From Narcine bancroftii (Eukaryota): a DNA stretch of 64,000 nucleotides. Location of the stretch: positions 10,974,001 to 11,038,000 of the forward strand of contig NC_091476.1 of assembly GCF_036971445.1 (NCBI RefSeq). Direction: 5' to 3'. The stretch's first letter is position 1. Every line of letters begins with the position of its first letter. Below are positions 38,401-49,080 of this stretch, piece by piece. A model generated the notes under the pieces. The model was given only the letters and a program-made list of their open reading frames with translations. It searched no databases and was not told the DNA's origin. The translations under genes were made by a program, and so were the position numbers.

Positions 38401-41400
38401 TTAAAGGAGCCAACAGTGGTTTATTTTATAATCCTGCAACCACATGGTCTGACCCAAGATGGCAGCGCCTATGATAGGCAGCAGCAACTAGGGGTTGCAG
38501 AGTCCTGGGATCCGGAGGACTGGTGCAGGGCACCAGAAGACAGGAAGACCATGCCCCTGTTTGAGAAGCAGAGGAGACGAACCATGGGACAGTGACCATG
38601 AAGGTGGACCAGTGAGGGGCTGAAGCACAGGCTGTTGATGACAAGGCGAGGAACTCACACAGTCTGTGGGCTGATGGCAACTGTGGTCAAAGGACTAACA
38701 CCAGGCTGCGGACTGCTGGAGACTGGCTGGAGGGGTACTCAGGTATCAGAACTGGAATGCAACAGGGTGCTGGAAGCTGCCTGTTTGTGTCAGAAGTGTG
38801 CACCTGGAGCTCAGGTTGCCGATGGTTTGGACTAACGGCTGTGTGGCTGTGGGAGCACTGCAAGTTAATCCATGGACACTCAATATCTCGGGGGGGGGGG
38901 GGGGGGAGGGGGGGAGAAAAGACTCTCTATTGCTTCTCTTTCTCTGGCTGTAAGGGGCACTGGGCTATTTTTGCTGATAGCGAATCTTCATCTGCCTTAA
39001 AGTAGACTTAAGGAAATTTCATGCAATATTACATTCCAAATGGTCTAGCATTTGCAAAGAAACTCAATGCATGTTCAAGTAACATCTCATCTTCTGACTT
39101 GGCACAGTGAAGTCCTGAATTCAATAGTTTCAGATAATCAGCCATTCCAATCATGGATCTCATTTCTGTTTATATTTTCATGTCATCTGCAATTTTTCTC
39201 TCTGGTGAAAAGTTTAGATTTCATTATCTAGAAAGCAACTATAAAACTGAATGCCAACACAGGTTATAAAAATCAGGGATTAAATAGGTCAAATTCCTGT
39301 TTTTAAGAAGTTGCAGGAATAAACTCATTGACTATGAATCAGTCAGTTTAATGTTGATGGTGCATAATATTCCCCAGAAACAACGATCAGTGAAAATTAA
39401 CCAATTAACAAATTGATTAATTAAAGAATGCAGGTATGGATTTGTTTGAGCCAAATTTGTGAGATAATTTTCTGAAGAATTAACAGAGGGATTAATTGCA
39501 GTTCATGTGATATATAGTAAAACCCCTGGTATCCGGCACCTATGGGGAATGGTAGATGACGAACAAGTGTATTTTCTGGTTGCTTGAGACTTACTTTTAA
39601 AATAGCTCACAAAAATACCTTCATTAAGAATAAACAGTTTAAAAGACAAAAATACACTGAACAAACTTCACTTGCATTATATTTTATTTTAAGTCACATT
39701 CTTTGAAAATATTTAACCGTCACTACATCTGCAGCTCCTTCCATGGACCAATCCAAATGACAAGGTAACCCTAATGTTTCTTTCCCCCCCCCCGCCCCCC
39801 ATTAGATTGGTTCTGATGCAGACTCTGGGGACAGCAGAGAACCAAGTACAGTGGAGGGTAAAGAAGAAATGGAAAGAGAGAGGGGAAGGAGTTACCTAAA
39901 AGGAGGACAATCTCCCCATCCGCTGACTTCCTCCAGTCGCTCACTGATGTGACCGAACTGGTGCTAACAGCGCACAAGTGAGGTGAATTTTATTTCCAAA
40001 CTTGGAACGTCATGTTGCTACCGAAAAATATTTCGGATAACTGAGAAGTTCTGATAAGCGGTTTTCAGATAAATTGAAATGTACTGTACTGGTTTTACTG
40101 CAAATAGATTCTGAGTGGCACACTAAGAAAGACATGAAGTCTTTAGAGAGTGTGCCAAACTAAAATGATTTGATGAATAAGGGGTATTAGTTATGCATAG
40201 ATGCTGCATCAGTATTGTTCTTCTTGTGATACAGGAATAAATCTTAAAATTATGAAGGGTGTCGAGAGCAATTCTTTGGGGTGGGATAGGGGCAGGAGAA
40301 AGAGGTGACTATCAAGAACTAGAACACATAAAATGAAGGCGATTGGTAACAAAGAAAAAGTAGGATTTTCTGGTTTCTGGCAAATTACTATAACCTGAAG
40401 TGCATTTCCCAGACCAAATTCAATTTGTGGGTGCAAAAAGGTTCCAGAAAAAGTTTCCAGGCTCTGGGACCATTGCTCTCTTTGAGATCTGGTATGGACT
40501 CAACTGGTCAGGGGCGGGGGATATTCCTATTGCAATTATAGTTTGGCTGAGCTATCATCTTTCAGACGAGGGGCCTGGATGCTCCCTCGGGAGGGCTGCA
40601 AGTTTCCCCACGCACAATTAGGAGGGACAGCTGGAGTGATTCCTGGTCCCTCTGGCCAGATCCTCCCATTCATCAGGGACGTGCCGTCCTTCACCTGTTC
40701 TCTTGTCGGGGGGGTGGGGGGACACACGACTCGGGCTCGCGTTGCTTTGCCTCCTGGGGGTCCTGCCCAGTTTCTCCGGCGCATTCACCTCCCATCACAG
40801 CGTCCGCCCGCTCATTGCAGCAGATGCAAACCTCGAACAGCCCCAGCCCCTCCTCCACTGCCGGCAGAGTCTGCACCAGCTTGGCGGACGTTGCAACTGC
40901 ACGTCACCGTCTTACCTGGACGCAGACGGAGCGCCGCATTTTCGGTTCGGCCGACACAAAAGGGCATCGTCCCTTTAAGGGACCTGTTTACCCGCGCCCC
41001 AGTTCGTCACACTCACGAACTCCCGCATAAAAAAGGGTTCCCCTCCCCCCTCAACTCCCCACCCTCACCCCCTACTCCTCCCCACCCCCTCCACCCTCCT
41101 CCACCCTCCTCCACCCTCCCCAATCCCCCTACTCCTCCCCACCACCCCTCCACGCCCCCCACCCTCACCCCCCCACCCTCACCCCCTCACCCCCCCCACC
41201 CTCACCCCCTCCACCCTCACCCCCTCCACCCTCACCCCCTCCACCCTCACCCCCTCCACCCTCACCCCCTCCACCCTCACCCCCTACTCCTCCCCATCCC
41301 TCTCCACCCCCCACCACCCCCAACCCCCTACTCCTCCCCACCCCCACTCACCCCCACCCTCACCCCCTCCACCTTCCCCACTCACCCCCCACCCTCACCC

Positions 41401-42122
41401 CCTCCACCTTCCCCACTCACCCCCCACCCTCACCCCCTCCACCTTCCCCACTCACCCCCCACCCTCACCCCCTCCACCTTCCCCACTCACCCCCCACCCT
41501 CACCCCCTCCACCTTCCCCACTCACCCCCTCCACCTTCCCCACTCACCCCCTCCACCTTCCCCACTCACCCCCTCCACCTTCCCCACACCCCCACCTTCC
41601 TCACTCACCTCCCCACCCTCACCCCCACATATCCTCCCTACCCCCCTCACTCCTCCCCAGCCCCTCCCTCCCCCCTCCCCAGCCCCTCCACGCCCCCCTC
41701 TCCCCGACCCCCCCCCTCCCCCGACCCCCCCCTCCCCCGACCCCCCCCCTCCCCCGACCCCCCCCTCCCCCAACCCCCCCCTCCCCCGACCCCCCCCTCC
41801 CCCGACCCCCCCCTCCCCCGACCCCCCCCTCCCCCGACCCCCCCCTCCCCCGACCCCCCCCCTCCCCCGACCCCCCCCTCCCCCGACCCCCCCCTCCCCC
41901 GACCCCCCCCTCCCCCGACCCCCCCCTCCCCCGACCCCCCCCCTCCCCCGACCCCCCCCCTCCCCCGAACCCCCCCCCCCCTCCCCCGAACCCCCCCCCC
42001 CCTCCCCGTGGACGCTCACCTCCGTACAGCCAGCTCTCCTCCTCGTCGTCCAGGCCGCTCCCGCTGCCCGGCGCTGCCGTCGCCTCCGCGGCCGAGCTCA
42101 GCGCCTCCATGTCGGTGGCCAT
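5287..42122 (-). CDS. FIP1L1: Pre-mRNA 3'-end-processing factor FIP1-like gene, 16 coding exons, 528 aa (FIP1L1 family; by synteny the FIP1L2-type paralog)
   Basis: Exons 42020-42122, 33827-33869, 32327-32402, 31117-31217, 29471-29526, 24674-24784, 23463-23593, 22502-22626, 18370-18475, 15658-15790, 13637-13663, 12021-12078, 8544-8602, 7782-7986, 6671-6793, 5287-5416. All introns GT-AG, total 1587 nt in frame. Contains the acidic N-terminus, Fip1 motif, Pro-rich region and RE/RD and Arg-rich C-terminus. Confidence 0.93.
6671..6793 (-). CDS. FIP1L1: FIP1L exon 15 (Arg-rich)
   Basis: [40 protein letters not shown]; NAGNAG acceptor (gcag cag), donor gtgtgt. Confidence 0.88.
7782..7986 (-). CDS. 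FIP1L1: FIP1L exon 14 (RE/RD dipeptide domain)
   Basis: [41 protein letters not shown]...[10 protein letters not shown]; flanks tttccag / gtgagt. Confidence 0.9.
8544..8602 (-). CDS. FIP1L1: FIP1L exon 13
   Basis: [19 protein letters not shown], resembling human GYDSRSARAFPYGN; flanks ctcttccag / gtaatt; restores phase. Confidence 0.85.
8732..11709. repeat. Long near-perfect inverted repeat: arm 8732-9190 vs arm 10016-10256 + 11496-11709 (split by the RTE)
   Basis: Direct base-by-base reverse-complement match with ~3 substitutions in ~455 bp. Confidence 0.92.
10257..11495 (+). mobile_element. 5'-truncated RTE-clade LINE (RT C-terminal part + 3' UTR), young copy
   Basis: Uninterrupted ORF 10308-11438 with [11 protein letters not shown] and LFADD RT motifs, a C-terminal Cys/His motif and a (GCCAA)2AGAAAAG tail; near-identical to copies at 25.8 kb and 54.9 kb. 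Confidence 0.93.
12021..12078 (-). CDS. FIP1L1: FIP1L exon 12
   Basis: [20 protein letters not shown]; flanks atgcag / gtaaga. Confidence 0.85.
12628..13441. mobile_element. Tc1/mariner-pogo-type MITE with TA TSD
   Basis: TA|CAGTACAACTCCGATTATCC ... AGATAAATTGGAGTTGTACTG|TA terminal inverted repeats. Confidence 0.8.
13637..13663 (-). CDS. FIP1L1: FIP1L exon 11 (27-nt microexon)
   Basis: GMPPPGSLP; flanks tctttacag / gtaatc; symmetric phase 1. Confidence 0.75.
14190..14715. mobile_element. Penelope-associated terminal repeat remnants with hammerhead-like cores
   Basis: ctgcagatgctgg...aaatgctggagaagctcagc motif shared with 1690-2490, 51245-51430, 54240-54310 and 57000; CTGACGA-A-GGGC-ccag-GCCC-aAAA at 14641. 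Confidence 0.55.
15658..15790 (-). CDS. FIP1L1: FIP1L exon 10 (Pro-rich)
   Basis: [44 protein letters not shown]; flanks attag / gtaaga. Confidence 0.88.
16560..17070 (-). mobile_element. CR1 3' fragment
   Basis: [10 protein letters not shown]...[10 protein letters not shown], typical of the CR1 3' end. Confidence 0.7.
18370..18475 (-). CDS. FIP1L1: FIP1L exon 9
   Basis: [36 protein letters not shown], resembling human [24 protein letters not shown]. Confidence 0.9.
18824..19191. mobile_element. Second copy of the same MITE family (opposite orientation, internally deleted)
   Basis: TA|CACTACAACCCCGATTATAC ... GGATAATCAGAGTTGTGCTG|TA; internal sequence is the reverse complement of parts of 12628-13441. 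Confidence 0.75.
20237..20563. mobile_element. Tigger/pogo-like MITE
   Basis: TA|CAGGTATGCCCCACTTAAC ... GTTAAGCAGCGCATACCTG|TA. Confidence 0.7.
21010..22345 (+). mobile_element. Degenerate CR1 LINE (RT 3' part)
   Basis: [22 protein letters not shown]-like and [19 protein letters not shown] motifs with frameshifts. Confidence 0.88.
22502..22626 (-). CDS. FIP1L1: FIP1L exon 8
   Basis: [41 protein letters not shown], resembling human VQQGRTGNSEKE...KAEFTSPP. Confidence 0.88.
23070..23290 (-). mobile_element. tRNA-derived SINE, same family
   Basis: Reverse-complement similarity to 46134-46395 (gggttcaaatccggtgctgtctataag). Confidence 0.7.
23463..23593 (-). CDS. FIP1L1: FIP1L exon 7 (Fip1 motif, CPSF30-binding region)
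   Basis: [43 protein letters not shown]. Confidence 0.95.
24674..24784 (-). CDS. FIP1L1: FIP1L exon 6 (start of Fip1 motif)
   Basis: [37 protein letters not shown]. Confidence 0.95.
25774..26207 (-). mobile_element. 5'-truncated RTE LINE, same family
   Basis: Reverse complement of the 3' end of 10257-11495 ([19 protein letters not shown]...SHKRACS). Confidence 0.92.
26280..26530 (+). mobile_element. Rex1/Babar- or L2-type LINE 3' fragment
   Basis: [17 protein letters not shown]...[19 protein letters not shown]; same family as 27920-28790. Confidence 0.7.
26550..27865 (+). mobile_element. Degenerate CR1 LINE
   Basis: [36 protein letters not shown] and [15 protein letters not shown] motifs. 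Confidence 0.9.
27920..28790 (+). mobile_element. Degenerate Rex1/Babar- or L2-type LINE
   Basis: [31 protein letters not shown] and FKFLGVTI motifs. Confidence 0.8.
28810..29036. repeat. 54-bp minisatellite, ~4 copies
   Basis: Unit aacatcccacttaatgag(aa/gc)tgttaatggagagcaacatagattcagaaccaag. Confidence 0.95.
29471..29526 (-). CDS. FIP1L1: FIP1L exon 5
   Basis: [18 protein letters not shown], resembling human GTAPVNLNIKTGGRVYG. Confidence 0.88.
31117..31217 (-). CDS. FIP1L1: FIP1L exon 4 (acidic region)
   Basis: [33 protein letters not shown], resembling human [27 protein letters not shown]. Confidence 0.92.
32327..32402 (-). CDS. FIP1L1: FIP1L exon 3
   Basis: [25 protein letters not shown]; flanks atgcag / gtaagt; phase-consistent but weakly conserved. 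Confidence 0.72.
33827..33869 (-). CDS. FIP1L1: FIP1L exon 2
   Basis: [14 protein letters not shown]; flanks ttatttatag / gtaagt; phase-consistent. Confidence 0.75.
35902..35935 (+). mobile_element. RTE 3'-tail-only insertion
   Basis: ataaatcttcgtccgcaaagccaagccaaaga matches the 3' terminus of the RTE copies. Confidence 0.7.
39515..40086. mobile_element. Degenerate pogo-like MITE
   Basis: TAGTAAAACCCCTGGTATCCGG ... CAGATAAATTGAAATGTACTG|TA imperfect TIRs. Confidence 0.5.
41040..42007. repeat. C-rich (G-rich on the FIP1L sense strand) compound low-complexity repeat in intron 1
   Basis: Blocks of CCCTCCACCCTCACC, CCACCTTCCCCACTCAC and CCCCGACCCCCCCT units. Confidence 0.9.
42020..42122 (-). 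CDS. FIP1L1: FIP1L exon 1 (start codon)
   Basis: [34 protein letters not shown], resembling human GGDEEEEWLYG; Kozak gccATGG; donor G|gtgagc. Confidence 0.9.
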
Positions 42123-43169
42123 GGCCGGGGGGGGGGGGTGGGGGGTGGAGAGGAGGGAGTGGGGGGGGGGCGCTCACACGCGGGAGGTCTTGAAAGGAAC
42201 TAAGACCCCTTGAACGAGGCGCTGGGCCGCTCAGACCGCCCTTCCCGCCGGCCGCATCCTCCCTCGCCCGGGTCCGCGCCGACGTGCGCCTCTCCTGGGT
42301 CATAGTGCCCATCCGCTGCAGGGACCGCACCGACCTCGCTCAGCCACCCGCATGACCGTTTAAGGGGCTCGGAGGCAAAGTGCTCAAAAGAAGGGTTGGC
42401 CGTCGGCTCATCTCCACGTTAATAACCCTGCAGACCCATCAGGTCCAGCAATGCAGCGACCCTTTTAAAGTTTGTTCAGGGCGCCTTTCAGATCATGACC
42501 AGGAAGGCTGTCCAAGTCCTCCTGCTCCTCTTGCCACTGGAGAGGGAGGGATTGCAGACAGGAGCCAATCCTGCGTTCTTCCCTCCACTTGCATTGCAAC
42601 TCCGTCTTCTGCAAGAGTTCTCTTGGTGGATGGCTGACACTAGGCAAGTCTCAGGTTCCAAAAACAACAAAACCACGTCGTTTTGTAACACGAGTTGGGA
42701 GAGATCATCCAACAATTAACCGGAGTAACCAATGATCTCAAAGTATTGGGGAGGTCTTCTTGTTTAACGTGATCTTCAATTGAGCAAGGTTAAAGGACTG
42801 GAACCAATGGATGGCATTCAAAAATGGCAGGCTGGAGACAGAGTCATTGCTGGCCTAATTTGCTTACTTTATCTGCTGTGAATATTGTTGGTTCATATAT
42901 GCAAAATATTTTCTTTCTCTGAATTAAAAAGATTTCCCCCCCCCCCTTATCCTAAAACAAACCGACCTGTTAATGTAATATGTCCTCGATGGAGTGAAGT
43001 CTGGTTTCTGTGATGTCACAGGTCGAGTTAACAACCCCTGGTGTTTATTCTTGTCCAGAGAGTTGGCACCTCCATACCAGAATGCTCTCCACGGTACACA
43101 AGAAGTTTATGAGAGTCTTCAGTGATTCCAAATCTTCTCAGACCAGTATAAGCGTTTAGGATTTTTCTT

Positions 43170-44520
43170 CACCTTATCTGCCAAAGTAATCTCATGGTTT
43201 TTTTTCCCCCAAAGCTCTCTGGATTTACCTCAAGGATTTTCCTGCATTTTTTATACTCAAGGACCTAATTTGTTCCTTGTTGCTTATATCTGCTATACAC
43301 CTCTCGTCTTCTTAACCAGATCACCAATATCCCTCGAAAACCAAGATTCCTGATGCATGTTAACTTTGCTTTTAATCTTTGCCAAAACACAACCTATTCC
43401 AATCCATGCTTTCTAGATCCCTTCTCTTTTCCTCAAAATTGGCTTTTCTCCCATTTAGAATCTGAACCCAAGGATCAGGCCTATCCTTCTCCATAACCAT
43501 CTTGAAACCATCTTGGACCCAAAGTGTTCCCCTACACATACTTCTGTTACCTGTCCTGCCTAATTCCTCACTGAAGATCCAATATTTCACTCTCTCTAGT
43601 TGGGACCTCAATATATTAATTTAGAAAACCTTTCTGAACATATTTGAAACACTTTAAGCCATCCAGCCCTTTTACAGTATGGGTGCCCCAATTCATACGT
43701 GTAAAGTTAGAAATTACCTAATATGATAACTTTCTGTTTCCTGCAGATGTCTGCTATCTCCCTGCAGATTTGCTCCTTCAAATCTCTCATAACCCCATTA
43801 ATGTGGATATACCTTTCCCATTCCTCAGCTTCACCCATATAGATTCAGTAGATGAATCCTCTGGTCCGCCCTGTCTAAGCACAGCTGTGATCTTTTCCCA
43901 GGTGAGCAATGCTACTCCTCCCCCTTTATCTCTCCCACTCTGAAACAACTGAACTCTGGAACATTGAGCTGCCAGTCCTGCCACCAAGTTTCACTAATGG
44001 CCTCAACGTCATAATTCCTTGTGCTCTAAGCTCATCTCCCTTTCCTACAATACTCCTTTATTGAAATAGATGCTCCTGAGAACATTATTTACTCCACAAC
44101 CTTTTGATTTCTGTATTTATATGCAGTTTCAAAATCATACTTTTCCTCCTCTACTATCTTCTCTGGTTTCCATCCCTTTGCAAATCTAGTGTAAACCCAC
44201 CTAGAGCAGCACTAGCAAACCTTCCTGCAAGGATATTAGTTCCTCTCCCGTTCAGGTCCCACATTCCATGGAAGAGAGGCGAATGATCCAGACATCTTAA
44301 GTCTTCCCTCCGACATCATCTCTTTAGCTACGTGCATTATCCTCCTACGTCTAAGCTCACTAGCATGTGGTACAGGTAGAAATCCTGAAATCACGACTCT
44401 GAAGGTCCTGTCCTTCAACATCACACCCAACACCCTGAACTTTCTTTGCAGGACCTCATCATTCTTCCTACCCGCGTCATTTGTCCACAACATTTGGCTT
44501 CTCACACAGGAGGAGCTGTT
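43170..44520 (-). mobile_element. Degenerate CR1 LINE (ORF1 esterase / APE region)
   Basis: RVVISGFLPVPHASE, GGGVALL...ITAVLR...STESIWVKLRN and KANFEE remnants. Confidence 0.75.
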
Positions 44521-45238
44521 TCTTTGGTGCATCTCGGAATTAAAATATATTTAGCAGTGTGTACACGCTCTAACAAGCTCAGCCAAAGCTGGATTTGGTG
44601 CAGGCAGCATCACCATTTAATTCAGAGAGAAATGCTCATATGGGAAGAAAGCAAATATTAATTTTATAGAGAGTTTAAACATTTTAAAATCAATAATTTA
44701 AATTTTAGCAGTTTAGGTTTCTTTAGTATTTGACATTCGCAGACAATATTTTTGACATCTGGCTATGTCTGGGGCATAGCTTAACCAGTTACCAGATTTT
44801 TATAGCACAATGTATAAAATCATGCTTTTCTAACATAGGGTTAGGATCTGAGGAAAGGATATCCAGCCACTGCATTTAATTCTGATCAAGATAACCAATT
44901 CTATGCAAGTCACTTTTAACATTTTTTAAAAATATGATGCAAGGCAATACTTTGGAGGAAAAAAAAGTAATTTGGGAAGAATGATGATTTCACATTAGTG
45001 TGTGGTTAGCTCTATCATCTCCAGAGACTGAAAGTGCTATACTGTATAGGAATTAGATGGTCGTAATGACTATATGAAAATACTTAACATTACCACCTGC
45101 CCAGAATCCTAAACCCCCACATTAACCCATGCAAAATTGAAATGGTGGGTTGATAGTATTTTTGTAATAATTACACATGAAGACTTAATAGTAGGTGAAC
45201 AGAAGAAAGTCTAAAAATCATACTATAATTAAATTCAC

Positions 45239-45244
45239 TTTATT
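45239..45244 (-). terminator. Candidate distal polyA signal of a long CHIC1 3' UTR
   Basis: tgtgtaAATAAA on - strand at the end of an AT-rich, TGTA-rich, repeat-poor stretch (~45250-46100). Confidence 0.35.
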
Positions 45245-46133
45245 TACACATATTGATAAATGGCTTGGTAAGTGGAAAAACCATCAGCTGAAAATAATAC
45301 ATTTCAGAAATAGACAAATAGTTAACAGTTGAAATATTACATAAGATTCAAAACAATTATAAATAAATGGTAGAACCAAAGGCCTGTTAAAATTTTTTTA
45401 ATGCCTTGTACAATTCACAAGTATAGCATTTTACTGTTTTGGCCAATGCTTTTTCACAAAACAATAGATGTTTAATCAGATACTTATCCATTGCTTTACT
45501 GTACATTCAACACTTTAGCATGTATTTTAAATAAAGAACTTGAAATACAGTGCAAAGACTAATGTTTAAGTACTTTTTTCCTCCTCGTGGTTAATAATTC
45601 ACAAGCCAACAGTACAGAACCATGATGAACTTTTGCAAAGTTGACTCTTTATTCTAATATCTTTCAATATCCTTCTGCTGACATCAGTTAAAAACTAATA
45701 TGCTTCACTTGATGCTTAATCTGTCAAATAATGTTATGAAACGATGAAAATTAACAATGTGTGTTCTGCATTTCCCATTAAAAATGCAAATAATAGCTTT
45801 CATTTTGACCTACAAACGTTGAATCCATCATCTATCTGCATTGTAATCTTGATTGCTGGAAAAAAAATTAAACTGCTTTTATAGACAAGTGGACTCCAAC
45901 AATTTGCATCAATTTTACGTTCATCACGTAAAACTACAATTTTTTTAAATTGTTTCCACAGTTGACATCCATTTATAGCACGTTCAAATTAAAATAGAAC
46001 TTGAAACTTGTGATTTAAAAATATTTGAAACTGAACATTGCTTTTCTTTTAAAAGGTCAAAATCTAAAAGATTTTAAAAGATATTGTGCAGGAATATCAG
46101 GGTTGACATAGCTATCTCCTGAATATTTCAAAT

Positions 46134-46395
46134 GGGGCAGCATGGTTGGCGTAGCGGTTAGTGCAACACCTTTACAGTGCCAGTGATTGGGACTGGACGG
46201 GGGTTTTAATCCCGCGCTGTAAGGAGTTTATACGTTCTCTGTGTCTGCGTGGGTTTTCCCCGGGGGCTCCAGTATCCTCCCACTGTTCGAAACATACCAG
46301 GGGTGTAGGTTAATTGGGTGTAAATTGGGCAGCATGGACTCGAGGGGTGAAATGGCCTGTTACCATGCTGTATGACTAAACTTTTTTTTTAAATT
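46134..46395 (+). mobile_element. tRNA-derived SINE (V-SINE/HE1-like)
   Basis: A-box-like TGGCGTAGCGG, B-box-like GGTTTTAATCC, core gtgtctgcgtgggttttcc, A/T tail; reverse copies at ~7080-7230, 23070-23290, 25090-25270 and 33360-33540. Confidence 0.75.
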
Positions 46396-47689
46396 TAAAG
46401 TTAATATATGTTTTCTATCCCTTTATGTTGAAAACATTTGGCAAAATGTACAATAAATAGGCAACACAAAGCGAGTATGCAGGAAACAGCTTTCTAAGCA
46501 CACAAGTTTTAAAAATCTGATTCAAATTAAATTTGACCTCATTACTACCTCTTTCCTATTACAATGTTAGTGAGTTGAGTGTATGTATATATATTTTTTT
46601 AATAAACCCACCCAAGATTAAGGAAGTATATGGCAGGTTTGGTTCATTTTCTGTATGGTAATCGATATGCTTTGTGTTTATGGAAACCCATTCTAATAAT
46701 TAGAAGCTACTGTGAAATAAGTTCATTTGGCACAATAAACCAAGAAGGGTTCTTCTGCAAACTGACCAACAGGTTATCTCTAACATCGCGCACAGCTGTG
46801 GATAGAGCACAATTTATAAAATGTAGAATTACAATGAAAAGGAAGATAAATTTGCACCAAGCAAGCACTGTTATGGGTTTATTCAGGAGGCCCATAACAA
46901 TGCAGGAAAAAAAAAAAACTGTCCTTAAGCCTATTAATGTGTGTTTTCAAACTCTTAAGGGGAGAAGGGAGTGGCCTGGTGTTTAGTGGGTTTTTTCAGG
47001 ATGTTTTTCCTAGGTAGCTATCCTCTGAGATGTAGTCCATGGAGGGGAGCGAGAGGGAGAGATTTTGTTATACTCTGAGCTGCATTCTCAGTACCTTCTG
47101 TAGTTCCACGTCAGGTCATTGGAGATATTTATTCAATTGCAGTTTTGATATATATTATTATTTGGATTTGTTATTTATGTTTAAAGACAAAATTCTCATC
47201 AATTTTAGTAGTTTGAGGAATTACCTCCACAGGTGCAACTATATACTTATTTTGGCACTTCCACCATATCTCAATCAATGTTACTTATTTGAAAAACTAG
47301 TTCAAACTTACCTTTGACAAATTCATAAAAGTTCTAGAAATAAAGGAATATATGGGCTCATGGTGGAAGGGAGAGTGATAGATTGAGGCAGAGGGGAATA
47401 AATAAAAAGGAGTCCTCAATAATGAACCAGATAAAAACTGATTTGATTAGACATTATTAAGCAAAAAGGACAAATCTATGGAGAAATTCAGGAAAGGAAT
47501 TGTTTACGAGTGAAGTTCAGTATCAGGACGGTGCATGGAGAGCGAAAATGGCCACTATAAAGAGCAGTTACTTCTACCTCCTGTGTTCTCCTCTTTCATC
47601 TCTTCTGATCGACTTCTGGCCCTCCTATTTTTATCCACCATCTCATTATGTCCCTCCCCAAGGAAAGGGAGGAAGTAAAAAAAAAGCAT

Positions 47690-49080
47690 AGGAGGGTTAT
47701 TTGAAATTGTAAAATTAAAATGATATTCAATTGGTTTGTAGACTACCCATAGACAACATGTTGATCCTCCAGTTTGGGTTGGGCCTCATTTGGCAGCAGA
47801 GAACATGCAGTTCAGAATGGGAAGGGTAATTGAAATGCCATGCAAACAGAACTCAGGACAGAAGATGTGAACTCTGCTCTGCAAATCTTGATCTTGCTGA
47901 TGTACACGAGCACAGAACAAAATAGAAAAGATTGGAGGAAGTGCACATGAATCTTGATCTCATCTGAAATGGTGGTTCACATCCCTGAAAGTGCTGCATC
48001 TCCTGTGGTTGCAGAGGAAAGTTCCAGGGGTCAGAAATAGGTGCACAAGAGAATGAGGAGGGAGCAGTTTCTGAAGGCAGAAAAGTGTAGGGTGGGAAGG
48101 ATGTGGCTAGCGATGGGATCCTATTGCATTTGGTAGAAATTATGTGCTGGATGTGGAAGTTAATAGAGTGAAAGGAGAGGACAGGGAAACAAATTCTGCC
48201 TTTTGCTTGGGGAAGAGATTGAGAGCAAAAGTCTAAGAAATGTAAGAAATGCAAGAGTACTCCATCAACTCTGGTAAAAGAAAAGCCAGGTTTCCTGAAA
48301 GAAGAGGACATTTCAAATGACCTGAAAAGGAAGGTCACATCTTGAGTAGATGGAGCTGAAACAGAAACTGGGAGAAAGGGATGGCATCCTCACAAAAGAC
48401 AGAATAGGAAGAGATGTAGCCTAGGTTATTAAGGAGTGAGTGAGCTTCTTGTAAATGTCAGGATAGTTTGCTTCTGAGATAGATTCAGAGAGAGATCCAA
48501 AACAGGGTAAGAAATGTCAAAAATAGTCCGTGAATTTGAGGGTGGAATAATAGCAAAGAAAGAGATAAAATTGACAAGTTCCACATGTTCAGAAAGCAGT
48601 ACCAACACTGCTATTGATATAACGGAGAAAGTTGGGGAATGATACCAAATATTTGGAACAAGGTCTTTCCATAAAGCCAATGAAAAGATGGGCATAGCTT
48701 GGACCTATACAATCGTCTCTGGCTACACCTTTGGCTTGTAGGAAGTGAGGAATAAAAAGAGAGGTTGTTCAGGGCAAGAACAAGTTCTACCAGGAAGATG
48801 AGAACTAGTTGGACTCATGTTGCAGGAATAGAGGGCTTGATATGATGACCATCCATAATGAAGATGAGGCAATTGGAGGCCAGGGAATCGTAAGCTGTCG
48901 TAATGGTGGTTGGCTTGCAAGGTGTCCTGAATGTATATGGGAAGGGACTGAACAAGGTATGATGAATAAGTTCAGAGGATTAAAAGCAGGAAGAAATAGT
49001 AGGCCTACCAGGAAAGGCTTGTTTGTGGATCTTGAGTAAGATAGAAGGGGGAAGTGCAAGGTTGAGTGCACTAACATGGA
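47690..49080 (-). mobile_element. Degenerate Penelope-like element (RT / GIY-YIG remnant)
   Basis: FMCTSSNLFYFVLCS...RFAE resembles a decayed PLE GIY-YIG domain; many stops. Confidence 0.55.

Larger units (their letters stand above)
40680..42420 (-). promoter_or_regulatory. CpG island / promoter region of the FIP1L gene
   Basis: Sharp rise in GC and CpG density around exon 1 in an otherwise AT-rich, CpG-poor background. Confidence 0.75.

Noticed and set aside
40543-42213. 556-aa Pro-rich ORF and Gly-rich antisense ORFs
   Set aside because: They come from the C/G-rich low-complexity tract; only 42020-42122 (- strand) is real coding sequence.
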